DNA from: an uncultured Clostridia bacterium
GTDB taxonomy: Bacteria; Bacillota; Clostridia; Oscillospirales; Acutalibacteraceae
Length of the DNA: 64,000 nucleotides
NCBI GenBank assembly: GCA_947623205.1
Contig: CANQGM010000010.1
Location: 12,811 to 76,810 of the forward strand
Reading direction: 5' to 3'
In this document: positions 1 to 9,060 of the stretch, one piece after another
Layout of the letters: each line of letters begins with the position of its first letter
Numbering within the stretch: the stretch's first letter is position 1
Translations under genes and position numbers: made by a program
Notes under the pieces: model-generated
The model's input: only the letters and a program-made list of their open reading frames with translations
What the model was told of the DNA's origin: nothing
Database searches by the model: none

Positions 1-903
1 TTCAACAATTAAAAGCGGATTGCGGAGGTCGGGTTTGTCTGTTCCGTATTTAAGCATACTTTCGGCATATGGAATACGGACAAACGGTGGTTTTGACACC
101 TCTTTGTCTGAGAATTTTTTAAAAGTTTCATAAAGAACTTCTTCGGCAACTTCAAAAACATCTTCCTGAGTTGCAAAAGACATTTCAAAGTCAAGCTGGT
201 AAAACTCGCCCGGCGAGCGGTCTGCGCGGGCGTCCTCGTCACGAAAGCACGGCGCAATTTGAAAATAACGGTCAAAGCCCGACACCATTAAAAGCTGTTT
301 AAAAATCTGCGGAGCCTGCGGCAGCGCATAAAATCTGCCCTTGTGTTTGCGGCTCGGAATAAGATAATCACGCGCGCCCTCGGGCGATGAGGTTGAAAGT
401 ATCGGCGTTTGAATTTCGGTAAATCCCATTTCATTCATCTTTGAACGCAAAAATGTAATAATCTGCGAACGAAGAATAATGTTGTTGTGAACCTTTTGAT
501 TTCTAAGGTCAAGAAAACGATATTTTAAACGAATATCCTCTGATGTGTTAGTAGACGCCGCCACCTCAAAAGGAAGCACATTTTTACACTTGCCGAGAAC
601 AGTAATGTCCTCTGTATGAACTTCAACATAACCTGTTGCAATTTTGGGATTAATTGTATCTTCATCACGTTTTACGACCTTGCCGCTTAAAGTAACGGTA
701 CATTCTTTATTTATATTTTTAAGGAGTTCATCATTATGGACCACAACCTGCAAAATGCCGTATTGATCACGAATATCAAGAAACATAACGCCGCCGTGGT
801 CACGGATATTCTCAACCCAGCCGGCGACTTTAACCTGTTGCCCTATATTCTCTTCTCTTAACTCACCGCATGTAACCGTGCGATATTCATTAGCCTTTAT
901 CAT
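1..903 (-). CDS. aspS: Aspartate--tRNA ligase, N-terminal part (runs off the left edge; missing from the ORF track)
   Basis: Hand translation from ATG at 903 (RBS AAAGGA): [16 protein letters not shown]...[11 protein letters not shown]...[16 protein letters not shown]...[15 protein letters not shown]...[15 protein letters not shown]. Frame is open to base 1. Confidence 0.97.
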   Translation of the reverse strand, partial: MIKANEYRTVTCGELREENIGQQVKVAGWVENIRDHGGVMFLDIRDQYGILQVVVHNDELLKNINKECTVTLSGKVVKRDEDTINPKIATGYVEVHTEDITVLGKCKNVLPFEVAASTNTSEDIRLKYRFLDLRNQKVHNNIILRSQIITFLRSKMNEMGFTEIQTPILSTSSPEGARDYLIPSRKHKGRFYALPQAPQIFKQLLMVSGFDRYFQIAPCFRDEDARADRSPGEFYQLDFEMSFATQEDVFEVAEEVLYETFKKFSDKEVSKPPFVRIPYAESMLKYGTDKPDLRNPLLIVE

Positions 904-1068
904 TAGTTACTATCCTTTCGCAGATATTTTGCCTATATTAAAATATTATAGCATAAATTCCCAATCCAATCAATATTTTCTAAAACTTTTTAAAATATTA
1001 TTCTTTAAAAAATTTACATCTTGGTTGCCTATATTAATTATACCAATATTTTACTGCATTATCAATAT

Positions 1069-1096
1069 AAAAAACCTCTCTGTACAAGAGAGGTTT
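1069..1096 (-). terminator. Intrinsic terminator after udg
   Basis: AAACCTCTCT-gtaca-AGAGAGGTTT stem, with a T-run on the minus strand just past the udg stop. Confidence 0.75.
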
Positions 1097-1103
1097 CAGC
1101 TTT

Positions 1104-1679
1104 TCAGTCATATGTACGGTCGCATATCTCATTGATTTTGTCTCTAAGCTTTAAAAAGTCGTCAAACGCGTCAGGCTTTTTGCGCGGGTCACGCAAAATT
1201 GCAGCAGGGTGAAGCATTGCCATCATCTGAACTCCGCCTTTTTCAAACCACAATCCGTGCTCCTTTGTAATTTTAATGTCAGGTTTAATAATTCTGCCGG
1301 CTGCAATTCTGCCGAGACAGACTATTATTTTAGGATCGATCATCTTAACCTGAGCCCTCAGCCAGTTAATGCACATTTCCTGCTCTTCGGGTCTGGGGTC
1401 ACGGTTTTGCGGCGGACGGCATTTTACAATGTTTGCAATATAAATATTTTTGTTTCGGTCAAGGTCAACTGCCGTCATCATTTTATCAAGCAGCTTCCCG
1501 GCTCTACCTACAAACGGTTTGCCCTGCAGGTCCTCGTTTTCGCCCGGCCCTTCACCAATAAACATTACTTCTGCATTTTCATTTCCGTCGCCTACAACAA
1601 CATTATGACGCGTTTTGTAAAGTTCACAGTTCTGACACTGCGAGCACGCGGTTTTCAGTTCTTCCCAGTTATTATACAT
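1104..1679 (-). CDS. Uracil-DNA glycosylase family 4 (Fe-S type)
   Basis: CSQCQNC Fe-S ligands, IGEGPG, FVGRAG, KCRPPQNRDP and HPAAILR motifs. Confidence 0.93.
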   Translation of the reverse strand: MYNNWEELKTACSQCQNCELYKTRHNVVVGDGNENAEVMFIGEGPGENEDLQGKPFVGRAGKLLDKMMTAVDLDRNKNIYIANIVKCRPPQNRDPRPEEQEMCINWLRAQVKMIDPKIIVCLGRIAAGRIIKPDIKITKEHGLWFEKGGVQMMAMLHPAAILRDPRKKPDAFDDFLKLRDKINEICDRTYD

Positions 1680-1790
1680 AAAAACGTCCTTTCTCTAAAC
1701 AAACCCTATAAATGGTTGAAATTTCAAATAATAAGTAGTAAAATATATTTGATAATTAAATAATAAATTTTACGAATGGTGGTAATTAAA

Positions 1791-2360
1791 ATGAAAATAA
1801 TGGTTGAAACTTCAGCTCATCACGTTCATGTAACCAAAGAGACCCTTGAAATTCTTTTTGGAAAAGGTGCAAAATTAACAAATAAAAAGAATCTTTCTCA
1901 GCCGGGACAGTTTGCCTGCGTTGAAAAAGTTACCGTCATAGGTCCGAAAGGTGAAATGAAAATGTCGATTCTCGGCCCCGAAAGAACTGCCGACCAAATA
2001 GAAATTTCACTTACCGACGCACGCAAGCTCGGCATTGCCGCACCTGTTAGGGAATCGGGAGATATTGCCGGCACACCCGGATGCAGGCTTGTAGGTCCCG
2101 AAGGCGAATGTGAGATAGAGCGCGGTGTTATTGCCGCAAAAAGGCACATTCACCTTGACCCCGAAACGGCCGAAAAATTTGGTTTAAAAGACAAGCAGAT
2201 CGTTTCTGTCAAAGTAGGAGAAAATACCGGCAGAGCAACAACATTCGGCGACGTTGTTATAAGAGTAAGTCCAAGCTATGCTCCCGCCATGCACATTGAT
2301 ACCGACGAATCTAACGCCGCAGGCTTGGGCGGCACCGTTGACGGTGAAATTATTTTGTGA
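1791..2360 (+). CDS. pduL: PduL-type phosphate acyltransferase (phosphotransacylase)
   Basis: ETSAHHVHVT, LSQPGQFA, AKRHIHL and MHIDTDESNAA motifs. Start taken at ATG 1791. Confidence 0.9.
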   Translation: MKIMVETSAHHVHVTKETLEILFGKGAKLTNKKNLSQPGQFACVEKVTVIGPKGEMKMSILGPERTADQIEISLTDARKLGIAAPVRESGDIAGTPGCRLVGPEGECEIERGVIAAKRHIHLDPETAEKFGLKDKQIVSVKVGENTGRATTFGDVVIRVSPSYAPAMHIDTDESNAAGLGGTVDGEIIL

Positions 2361-2393
2361 TTTTCGGTTTTTGTAAAACAACAGCATTATTTC

Positions 2394-2425
2394 GGAGTGG
2401 CTTAAAAAGTCACTCCTTTTATTTT
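2394..2425 (+). terminator. Terminator between convergent pduL and esterase genes
   Basis: GGAGTGGC-ttaaaaa-GTCACTCC followed by TTTTATTTT. Confidence 0.7.
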
Positions 2426-3206
2426 ATATACTGTTAAGAAACGTATGTAAAAAGTCCTTAAATATATCTCTCCATGCATTTTCATTATGTTTGTTTTCAA
2501 ATAATACAACTTCGTTCATCATATCTAAGGGATAGCCTACCTCGGGCAGCAGATCGTACATCATTTCAACGCTTTTAAATATCATATGTTCAAGCAAGTC
2601 ATTATCACCCGTATAAATGTAAAGATACGGCACAGTGTCTTTGACTTTTGAAATCAAATATTTGCGCCAATCATCCCGAGTATAAATTAAAAATGCGGGA
2701 GAAAATGCACCCACACAGGCAAACCTGTCACTGTGCTCAATGCCTGTAAAAAATGCCTGCAATCCGCCTGAAGAACTTCCGCAAACAGATGTAAACTTTT
2801 TTTCTGATTTTACCGGATAATTACCCTCAACAAACGGAATTACGGTATTCATAAGGAATCCGTCAAATATTTCTCCCTCAGAGGATACATAACCGCTCAT
2901 CAGCTCTTTATACTGCACTTCACCTATACACTTTGGAGTAAGCTCGCAGTCACGGTACTTGTTGCCGTTATCTATTCCCACTATTATTGCGCCGGCAGAA
3001 CCGTTTTTTTGCTCATCTTCAACAGCCTTTATCACGTCCCAGCATCCGTAAGGTGTGGCAGATTCATCAAAAAGATTTTGCCCGTCTGTCATATAAATTA
3101 CGGGCAAAAGTTCCCCCTCTTTATGTGAGGGAACATAAACCATAACTTTTCTGTCCTCTTTATCGGGATACGGTAAAAACTCTGTATGTAATTGTGCGCT
3201 GATCAT
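2424..3206 (-). CDS. Alpha/beta hydrolase, putative esterase (Fes/IroE-like)
   Basis: YMTDGQNLFD, GSSSGG nucleophile elbow and C-terminal HNENAW. Start at ATG 3206 after AGGTG. Confidence 0.85.
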   Translation of the reverse strand: MISAQLHTEFLPYPDKEDRKVMVYVPSHKEGELLPVIYMTDGQNLFDESATPYGCWDVIKAVEDEQKNGSAGAIIVGIDNGNKYRDCELTPKCIGEVQYKELMSGYVSSEGEIFDGFLMNTVIPFVEGNYPVKSEKKFTSVCGSSSGGLQAFFTGIEHSDRFACVGAFSPAFLIYTRDDWRKYLISKVKDTVPYLYIYTGDNDLLEHMIFKSVEMMYDLLPEVGYPLDMMNEVVLFENKHNENAWRDIFKDFLHTFLNSI

Positions 3207-3303
3207 AAATATCACCTGTAAATATTAAACCATAAAATGATGCTCGTTGCAACAGGAATAAAACATAATTTTTTGCCAATAATATTTTCTGAGGTGATTT
3301 TAT

Positions 3304-3732
3304 ATGATTAATGATGTTGAAATGCTGAACTATGTTTTGCAAAATGCAGAGATGGGGTGTCAGGGAATTACATGCGTTAGAAAAAATGTTCACGACAGCA
3401 AGGTCGATCATGTCCTGTGTGAACAACTTGTTAAATACGGTAAAATTTATCATAGTGCAAATAATATGCTTCGCAACAGAGGAGCAGATATACAACACAT
3501 AAGTCCCGTTACAAAAGCTATGACCCGTTATGCCGCACAGCGCGATTTAAGGCGCGATTCCTCATCATCACACATTGCAGAAATGATGATTAAAGGAAAT
3601 ACAATGGGAGTCAACAAAATGACACGACACATACGCGATTATGACGGTAAGGACCCAAATGTTCAAACGCTTGCAAAAAAAATGCTTAGTACAGAAGAAG
3701 AAAACATTAACGAACTGACATCTTTTATTTAA
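3304..3732 (+). CDS. Hypothetical helical-bundle (ferritin-like) protein, possibly sporulation-related
   Basis: 142-aa ORF with RBS GAGGTG, repeated E..MG..helix pattern (NAEMG...; EMMIKGNTMG) and its own terminator. Function is inference. Confidence 0.6.
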   Translation: MINDVEMLNYVLQNAEMGCQGITCVRKNVHDSKVDHVLCEQLVKYGKIYHSANNMLRNRGADIQHISPVTKAMTRYAAQRDLRRDSSSSHIAEMMIKGNTMGVNKMTRHIRDYDGKDPNVQTLAKKMLSTEEENINELTSFI

Positions 3733-3780
3733 ACTTAACTCAAATATATAAATTAACATATTATAAAAACAGTTATATAT

Positions 3781-3815
3781 AAAAAGGCAGACGTCATAAA
3801 AATGATGTCTGCCTT
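3781..3815. terminator. Bidirectional terminator between 3304..3732 and pckA
   Basis: AAGGCAGACGTCAT-aaaa-ATGATGTCTGCCTT. Confidence 0.75.
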
Positions 3816-3841
3816 CATTTGCAAATTAAATAATAAAATTA

Positions 3842-5539
3842 TCAATTAAGTTCGTCAACAACCTTTTGAATTGCTTCAAGAGCGTCGTCAGGAAGCTTGT
3901 CATAGCCGCCTTTTTCAACGGCAAATGCTTTAATTTCATTTACACGGTCATTCATACGGGCCTTTAGCTGTGAAACATATTCGTCATCGTTCATATCAGG
4001 GATAAATCCTTCCCAATCCATAATTTCAATGTCTGAGAACGGACCCCACTTTTTAAACTCAGCCGTGCCGTCTACTATGGCTTCAAGAATACCGAGCGTA
4101 TCCTTAGGCTGTACCTTTTTGCCCATAAAATCGCCGGTGTTTACAATGTAGCAATCTACATTTTTTTCTTCAACAAGCTTTTTAAACTTTGAATAGTCAT
4201 TAGCGAGAGGATATGTCCTGAATGGATTGGCATAAGGCACAACAACGAGCTTGTTAGGGTCAACGCCGGGAGCAAGTCTTTCAGCAGAAGATCTCTTTGT
4301 AGCAAGAGTAGCGCCCATTACAGCCGCAAGAGATGCGCCTTTAAGTTTAACAACAGGAGGAATTGTCGGGTCTTTCATAATCCAGAATATAGCGTTTACC
4401 GGTTCGTCAATTTTATCAACGCGGTTAGGAGACCAAAGCTTTGACTTGATTGCACGTCCGTTGCCGTTTCTTATATCTTCGGTTACAAGCTGTATCTTGC
4501 CTTCATCGTCAAGAGTTGCAGAGCAGTTCTGAGCTGTAAGAAGATATTTATTGTCGGGGCAGCCTGTGGGATAGTCGGCTGTTTTATCAAAGTAAGTAGG
4601 TTCAATTGCAATTGAAGCGCAGGTATCAGTATTGATTATGAAAGCGTCGTCGTGGAGAACTTTGATTTGATACTTGCCGCCGTGTTTAGCGTGTGTAAGA
4701 GTTGATTTGCCTGAACCCGAAAGTCCATATACGGACGCAACATATTTTTTGCCGTTGTCAAGAAGATATTCTTTCTGACCGCCGTGGCAGGATGCATAAC
4801 CGTTACGGTTAGCAATAGCCCATACCATTGTAAGCGTACCCTTTTTGTGTTCGCCGAAATATCTCATTCCGAGAATACAAGCACAGTTTGTTTCTGTGTT
4901 AAAGTAGCAAAGTGTTTTCTTTGCAGGGTCACTAAGGCAGTCAAAGCTTACTCCCGGATTTTCAACAGGCGTCCACTGAGGGTCTGAGAAAATATAAATG
5001 TCGGGCTCTTTACCGTCTCCTACGGGTTTTGAATTTTTATACATCTTTACATATTCATCAGACATATACTGAAAATTGAGCATCCATGAATACATAATGT
5101 TCTCTTCACCTTCGGGAATAAGAAGGTGAACCTTTACCATAAATTCTGGGTCAAGACCCGCATAACAGGTTGCGTGATACATTTTTTTGTAACGTGAACT
5201 GTATATAGCGTCCATAGCTACCTTATCAAGAGCTTCGCAGTCTACACCCGGCTCGCCTGCAATTCGGCGGGCAGCAGCATAGCGACCTGTTATAGCGCCG
5301 TCGTTAAATAAAAGAACCTTTGCATCCTCATCAAGGCCAAACTCTTCACCCCTGTAAACGGGCATATCCGTTACAATTGTTCCCGGTGAATTTTTTGCAA
5401 GGTTATAAGCTTCCTTTAATGTGTTTACAGTAACAACATTATTGCCATAAAATGCAGCTTCAATAATTGATCTGGTTTTTGAAAAACCGACTTTACCCTT
5501 ACCGATTTCACTTAAAGGATAATTTGCTTTTGTTGACAT
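3842..5539 (-). CDS. pckA: Phosphoenolpyruvate carboxykinase (ATP)
   Basis: YFGEHKKG, SCHGG, P-loop GLSGSGKSTLT and LHDDAF motifs; 565 aa. Confidence 0.92.
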   Translation of the reverse strand: MSTKANYPLSEIGKGKVGFSKTRSIIEAAFYGNNVVTVNTLKEAYNLAKNSPGTIVTDMPVYRGEEFGLDEDAKVLLFNDGAITGRYAAARRIAGEPGVDCEALDKVAMDAIYSSRYKKMYHATCYAGLDPEFMVKVHLLIPEGEENIMYSWMLNFQYMSDEYVKMYKNSKPVGDGKEPDIYIFSDPQWTPVENPGVSFDCLSDPAKKTLCYFNTETNCACILGMRYFGEHKKGTLTMVWAIANRNGYASCHGGQKEYLLDNGKKYVASVYGLSGSGKSTLTHAKHGGKYQIKVLHDDAFIINTDTCASIAIEPTYFDKTADYPTGCPDNKYLLTAQNCSATLDDEGKIQLVTEDIRNGNGRAIKSKLWSPNRVDKIDEPVNAIFWIMKDPTIPPVVKLKGASLAAVMGATLATKRSSAERLAPGVDPNKLVVVPYANPFRTYPLANDYSKFKKLVEEKNVDCYIVNTGDFMGKKVQPKDTLGILEAIVDGTAEFKKWGPFSDIEIMDWEGFIPDMNDDEYVSQLKARMNDRVNEIKAFAVEKGGYDKLPDDALEAIQKVVDELN

Positions 5540-5610
5540 AGAATCATACTCCTTTAAATTATAAATTTAGCTAATTCAATACAAGCATTTCAGTTTTAAC
5601 ATACAACTGC

Positions 5611-5639
5611 ATTATAGCATTTGCAATATATTTTTTCAA
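5611..5639 (-). promoter_or_regulatory. Sigma-A promoter of pckA
   Basis: TTGAAA-N17-TATAAT on the minus strand, about 70 nt upstream of the start codon. Confidence 0.7.
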
Positions 5640-5795
5640 GCCAAAATGCAGCTAATTATTATAAAAATTGCAAATATTCCTAAATTTCAAATTATTATTT
5701 GCAAATTCTATATTTTTTTGAAAAGTGTTAATTGTTTTTCTTGCATTTTAATAAGCAAAGTTATTATACAAATTAACTCAAAACATTGCTAAAAG

Positions 5796-5942
5796 GGCTG
5801 CCTCAAAGCGGAACCGGTCTGCATTTGTCCAACTCCCTGTAATGGGGACCGGAACAAGAACATTACCCTGTGTTTAATGACTAAAATGTTTATCATTAAA
5901 CGCAGGGTCAGGTCTTGACCCACCCGCTGTTTTGAGACAGCC
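5796..5942. repeat. Multibranched palindromic element (MITE/REP-like or structured RNA)
   Basis: Terminal inverted repeats GGCTGCCTCAAA / TTTGAGACAGCC enclose two or three further hairpins (see findings). Confidence 0.6.
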
Positions 5943-5965
5943 ATTTAAAATTTTAAGTAAATTAA

Positions 5966-6343
5966 TTACTTTAATTCTACTTCTGCGCCGGCTTCTTCAA
6001 GCTTTGACTTCATAGCCTCTGCGTCATCCTTGGAAACTGCTTCCTTTACAGTTTTAGGTGCTTCGTCAACAAGAGCCTTTGCTTCTTTAAGTCCAAGACC
6101 TGTGATCTCACGAACAGCCTTAATAACAGCAATCTTGTTGCCGCCTGCGCCCTTAAGAACTACATCAAACTCTGTTTTCTCTTCAGCAGCAGCTTCACCG
6201 CCTGCAGCAGGTCCTGCAACTGCAACCGCAGCAGCAGCTGATACTCCAAATTCATCTTCAACAGCGTGAACGAGCTCTGAAAGCTCAAGAACTGTAAGGC
6301 CTTTTAATTCTTCAATAATAGCAGTAATTTTTTCTGATGCCAT
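5966..6343 (-). CDS. rplL: 50S ribosomal protein L7/L12
   Basis: [10 protein letters not shown]...[10 protein letters not shown]...[12 protein letters not shown]. Confidence 0.99.
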   Translation of the reverse strand: MASEKITAIIEELKGLTVLELSELVHAVEDEFGVSAAAAVAVAGPAAGGEAAAEEKTEFDVVLKGAGGNKIAVIKAVREITGLGLKEAKALVDEAPKTVKEAVSKDDAEAMKSKLEEAGAEVELK

Positions 6344-6397
6344 TTTAATTAACCTCCAATATGTTTAATAAGTTGTTTTTTTAATTTAAAATAAAAA

Positions 6398-6991
6398 TTA
6401 TTCTGCTTCAGAAGCATTTTGAGAAACTTCTTCAGCTGCTTGCGGAGCAGCCTCATCAGCAGCATTTTGAGCAGCTTTTTCAGCTGCACAAGCTTCTGCG
6501 CCGCCCTTGTCAACGACCGCCTGAACGGCACGCGCAAATGATGCGATTGGCGCCTGGAATGCACCGAGTACGTTTGCAAGAAGAACATCTCTTGTCGGGA
6601 GTTTTGAAAGGGATATAATTGTATCCATATCAATTACAGCTCCGTCAAGATATGCGGTCTTAACTTTAAAGTTGTCATGACCTTTTGCATAGTTGCAAAG
6701 GATTCTGGCTGCGGCAGCATATTCGCTGTCACTTGTCGCAATAGCCGTTGTACCCTCAAGTACAGGTTTTATACCTTCAAGACCTGCTTCATCACAAGCG
6801 CGTGATAAAAGAGTATTCTTAACAACCGTATATTTAACATCATTTTCACGAAGCTCTTTTCTGAGCTTTGTATCATCTTCTGTGTTAATGCCCTCGTAGG
6901 AAACAACAACGCCTGTTATAGAATTTTTAAGTCTCTCGGCGAGGTCTGCAACCAATGCCTTCTTCTTTTCTAAAACACTTTGACTTGGCAA
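6398..6991 (-). CDS. rplJ: 50S ribosomal protein L10 with an Ala/Glu-rich C-terminal tail
   Basis: KLRKELRE..VKYTVVKNTL and SKLPTRDVLLA motifs; position in the operon. Confidence 0.98.
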   Translation of the reverse strand: MPSQSVLEKKKALVADLAERLKNSITGVVVSYEGINTEDDTKLRKELRENDVKYTVVKNTLLSRACDEAGLEGIKPVLEGTTAIATSDSEYAAAARILCNYAKGHDNFKVKTAYLDGAVIDMDTIISLSKLPTRDVLLANVLGAFQAPIASFARAVQAVVDKGGAEACAAEKAAQNAADEAAPQAAEEVSQNASEAE

Positions 6992-7028
6992 AATTAGTTC
7001 ACCTCCACAATTTTTTTACGCAGTTCAT

Positions 7029-7145
7029 AAAAACAGCCGTCCGTTTACCTCGGACGGCTGCAAAAATACAAAATAAGTTGTAATTTGCATCTTCCTCGGC
7101 AGGCGGGAATACCCTTATGCTTACGCACCTGCTGTCTTTAGAACA
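7029..7145 (-). promoter_or_regulatory. L10 leader (autogenous attenuator) with terminator
   Basis: Minus strand reads TAAAGACAGCAGGTG...CCTGCCGAGG, followed by the hairpin CAGCCGTCCG-aggtaaa-CGGACGGCTG-TTTTT upstream of rplJ. Confidence 0.85.
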
Positions 7146-7192
7146 GCGAATTTATATTCACACAAAAGTGTAAACAATTTAATTATGTTTAG

Positions 7193-7888
7193 TTATACAC
7201 CAAACTTTGCAGGATTAATGCGAACGCTCGGACCCATTGTTGATGTAACGGCAACTGAGCGGATATACTGACCCTTTGCGGCAGCTGGCTTAGCCTTAAC
7301 AATTGCATCCATAAGAGTGTTAAAGTTTTCGGAAAGTTTTCCTGTGCCAAAGCTTACTTTGCCGATTGGGCAGTGAATAATGTTTGTTTTGTCAAGACGG
7401 TACTCAATTTTACCTGCCTTAGCTTCTTTAACAGCTCTGGCAATGTCGGGAGTAACCGTTCCTGCCTTTGGATTAGGCATAAGACCGCGGGGACCGAGGA
7501 TTCTTCCCAAACGTCCGACAAGTCCCATGCAATCGGGTGTTGTTATCAACACATCAAAGTCCATCCAGTTTTCCTGCTGGATTTTCTGCGTCATATCTTC
7601 AGCGCCTACAAAGTCTGCGCCTGCTTCCTTTGCAAGTTCTTCGTTAGAACCCTTGCATATTGCAAGAACTCTAACGGTTTTACCTGTGCCGTTAGGAAGA
7701 ACTACCGCGCCTCTGACCTGCTGGTCAGCGTGACGGCTGTCAACGCCGAGCTTTACATGAAGCTCAACCGTTTCATCAAACTTGGCTGTTGCAGTTTTAA
7801 TAACTGTATCAAGAGCCTCATCCGAATCATATAATTTTGTTCTGTCAACGAGCTTGGCAGCGTCAACATATTTTTTACCGTGTTTCAT
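7193..7888 (-). CDS. rplA: 50S ribosomal protein L1
   Basis: [33 protein letters not shown] motifs. Confidence 0.99.
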   Translation of the reverse strand: MKHGKKYVDAAKLVDRTKLYDSDEALDTVIKTATAKFDETVELHVKLGVDSRHADQQVRGAVVLPNGTGKTVRVLAICKGSNEELAKEAGADFVGAEDMTQKIQQENWMDFDVLITTPDCMGLVGRLGRILGPRGLMPNPKAGTVTPDIARAVKEAKAGKIEYRLDKTNIIHCPIGKVSFGTGKLSENFNTLMDAIVKAKPAAAKGQYIRSVAVTSTMGPSVRINPAKFGV

Positions 7889-7907
7889 CAGTTTTCCTCC
7901 ATTATTA

Positions 7908-7936
7908 GGTGGTCAATCGGATATTTCCTCCCACCC
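7908..7936 (-). promoter_or_regulatory. Putative L1-binding autoregulatory site before rplA
   Basis: Minus strand GTGGGAGG...TTGACCAC, resembling the L1-binding internal-loop motif. Confidence 0.6.
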
Positions 7937-7942
7937 GGATTA

Positions 7943-8368
7943 TTAGTCAACTACTGTAATGCCCATACTTCTTGCAGTACCGGAAATCATACTGATAGCT
8001 GCATCAAGTGATCCTGCGTTGAGGTCAGGCATTTTTTGCTCTGCAATTTTAGTGATTTGCTCACGAGTGATCTGAGCCACTTTTGTCTTGTTTGGCACAC
8101 CGGAACCACTGTCAATGCCGCAAGCCTTTTTAAGAAGGACGGCAGCCGGCGGAGTTTTGGTAATAAAAGTGAATGAGCGGTCTGCATATACGGTAATAAC
8201 AACCGGAATAATAAGACCTATGTCATTTTTTGTACGCTCATTAAAATCCTTTGTGAACGCAACAATGTTTACACCATGCTGACCAAGTGCCGGTCCAACA
8301 GGCGGTGCCGGAGTAGCTTTTCCAGCGGGGATTTGCAGTTTAATTAAGCCTACAACTTTTTGAGCCAT
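7943..8368 (-). CDS. rplK: 50S ribosomal protein L11
   Basis: [25 protein letters not shown]. True start 8368 (RBS GGAGG); the ORF track over-extends it. Confidence 0.99.
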   Translation of the reverse strand: MAQKVVGLIKLQIPAGKATPAPPVGPALGQHGVNIVAFTKDFNERTKNDIGLIIPVVITVYADRSFTFITKTPPAAVLLKKACGIDSGSGVPNKTKVAQITREQITKIAEQKMPDLNAGSLDAAISMISGTARSMGITVVD

Positions 8369-8389
8369 TGTGTTTGCACCTCCAAAATT

Positions 8390-8432
8390 CGTGGTAAATT
8401 GCGGGACACCACTATGTAGGGTCCCTCCCACA
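8390..8432 (-). promoter_or_regulatory. Putative L1-binding autoregulatory site before rplK
   Basis: Minus strand GTGGGAGGG...TTTACCAC enclosing GGGAC/GTCCC pairing. Confidence 0.6.
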
Positions 8433-8486
8433 GGGAACAGCAAGTGTTCCCAATAAAAAGCCTTTACAGCTAATTATCTTTTAAAA

Positions 8487-9014
8487 TTATTCATCCACCG
8501 GCTCCGCCTGAGAAAGTTCAAGCTCAACCGGGGTTTCACGTCCAAACATTGAAACAACAACGCAGACGTAGTTTTTTTCGATGTCAAGTTCTTCTACAAC
8601 ACCGACAAAGTCCTCAAGCGGACCATCAATAATGCGTACTGAATCACCCACAGAATAAGAAACGTCTACAATGCGCTTTTCAACGCCCATTCTGTAAACC
8701 TCCTCGTCAGAAAGAGGAGCGGGGTTTGATCCTGGACCGACAAAACCTGTACAACCGCGTATATTACGGACAACATACCAGGTTTCATCCGTATAAACCA
8801 TTTTAACAAAAACATAGCCCGGGTACAGCTTGTGTTCAACCTCTTTAGTCTTATCGCCGACTTTTTCGGAAACAATTTCAGTAGGAATTTTTGCTTCAAG
8901 AATCATATCCTTCATTTTTCTGTTTTCCGCTGTTGTTATTAAATCGGCTGCGACTTTATTTTCATAACCAGCGTAGGTATGAACCACATACCATTTTGCT
9001 TCTGTTTCTGCCAT
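8487..9014 (-). CDS. nusG: Transcription termination/antitermination factor NusG
   Basis: WYVVHTYAGYENKV, YPGYVFVKM, KOW domain, MFGRETPVELE. Confidence 0.99.
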   Translation of the reverse strand: MAETEAKWYVVHTYAGYENKVAADLITTAENRKMKDMILEAKIPTEIVSEKVGDKTKEVEHKLYPGYVFVKMVYTDETWYVVRNIRGCTGFVGPGSNPAPLSDEEVYRMGVEKRIVDVSYSVGDSVRIIDGPLEDFVGVVEELDIEKNYVCVVVSMFGRETPVELELSQAEPVDE

Positions 9015-9060
9015 TACAACTTTCTTCCTTTCGTAAGTTTAGGTTAAGTAATAACACCAG

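Noticed and set aside
9-275. 88-aa minus-strand ORF in the track
   Set aside because: It is an alternative frame inside aspS; the true frame (903 to 1) carries all the AspRS motifs.
904-1068. T-box leader upstream of aspS (also checked before argS)
   Set aside because: No T-box sequence (GGTGGTACCGCG-like) or specifier stem is visible, and the regions are too AT-rich or short.
878-1212. Plus-strand ORFs 878..1135 and 1021..1212
   Set aside because: They span the AT-rich aspS promoter region and the udg terminator, with no RBS or motif.
1209-1763. 184-aa plus-strand ORF
   Set aside because: Antisense shadow of udg with no recognisable motif.
5796-5942. Self-cleaving ribozyme or 6S identity for the rplL-pckA element
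   Set aside because: No hammerhead core (CUGAUGA/GAAA) or other catalytic consensus recognised; it is branched, not rod-shaped, and a better 6S candidate is at 55494-55673.
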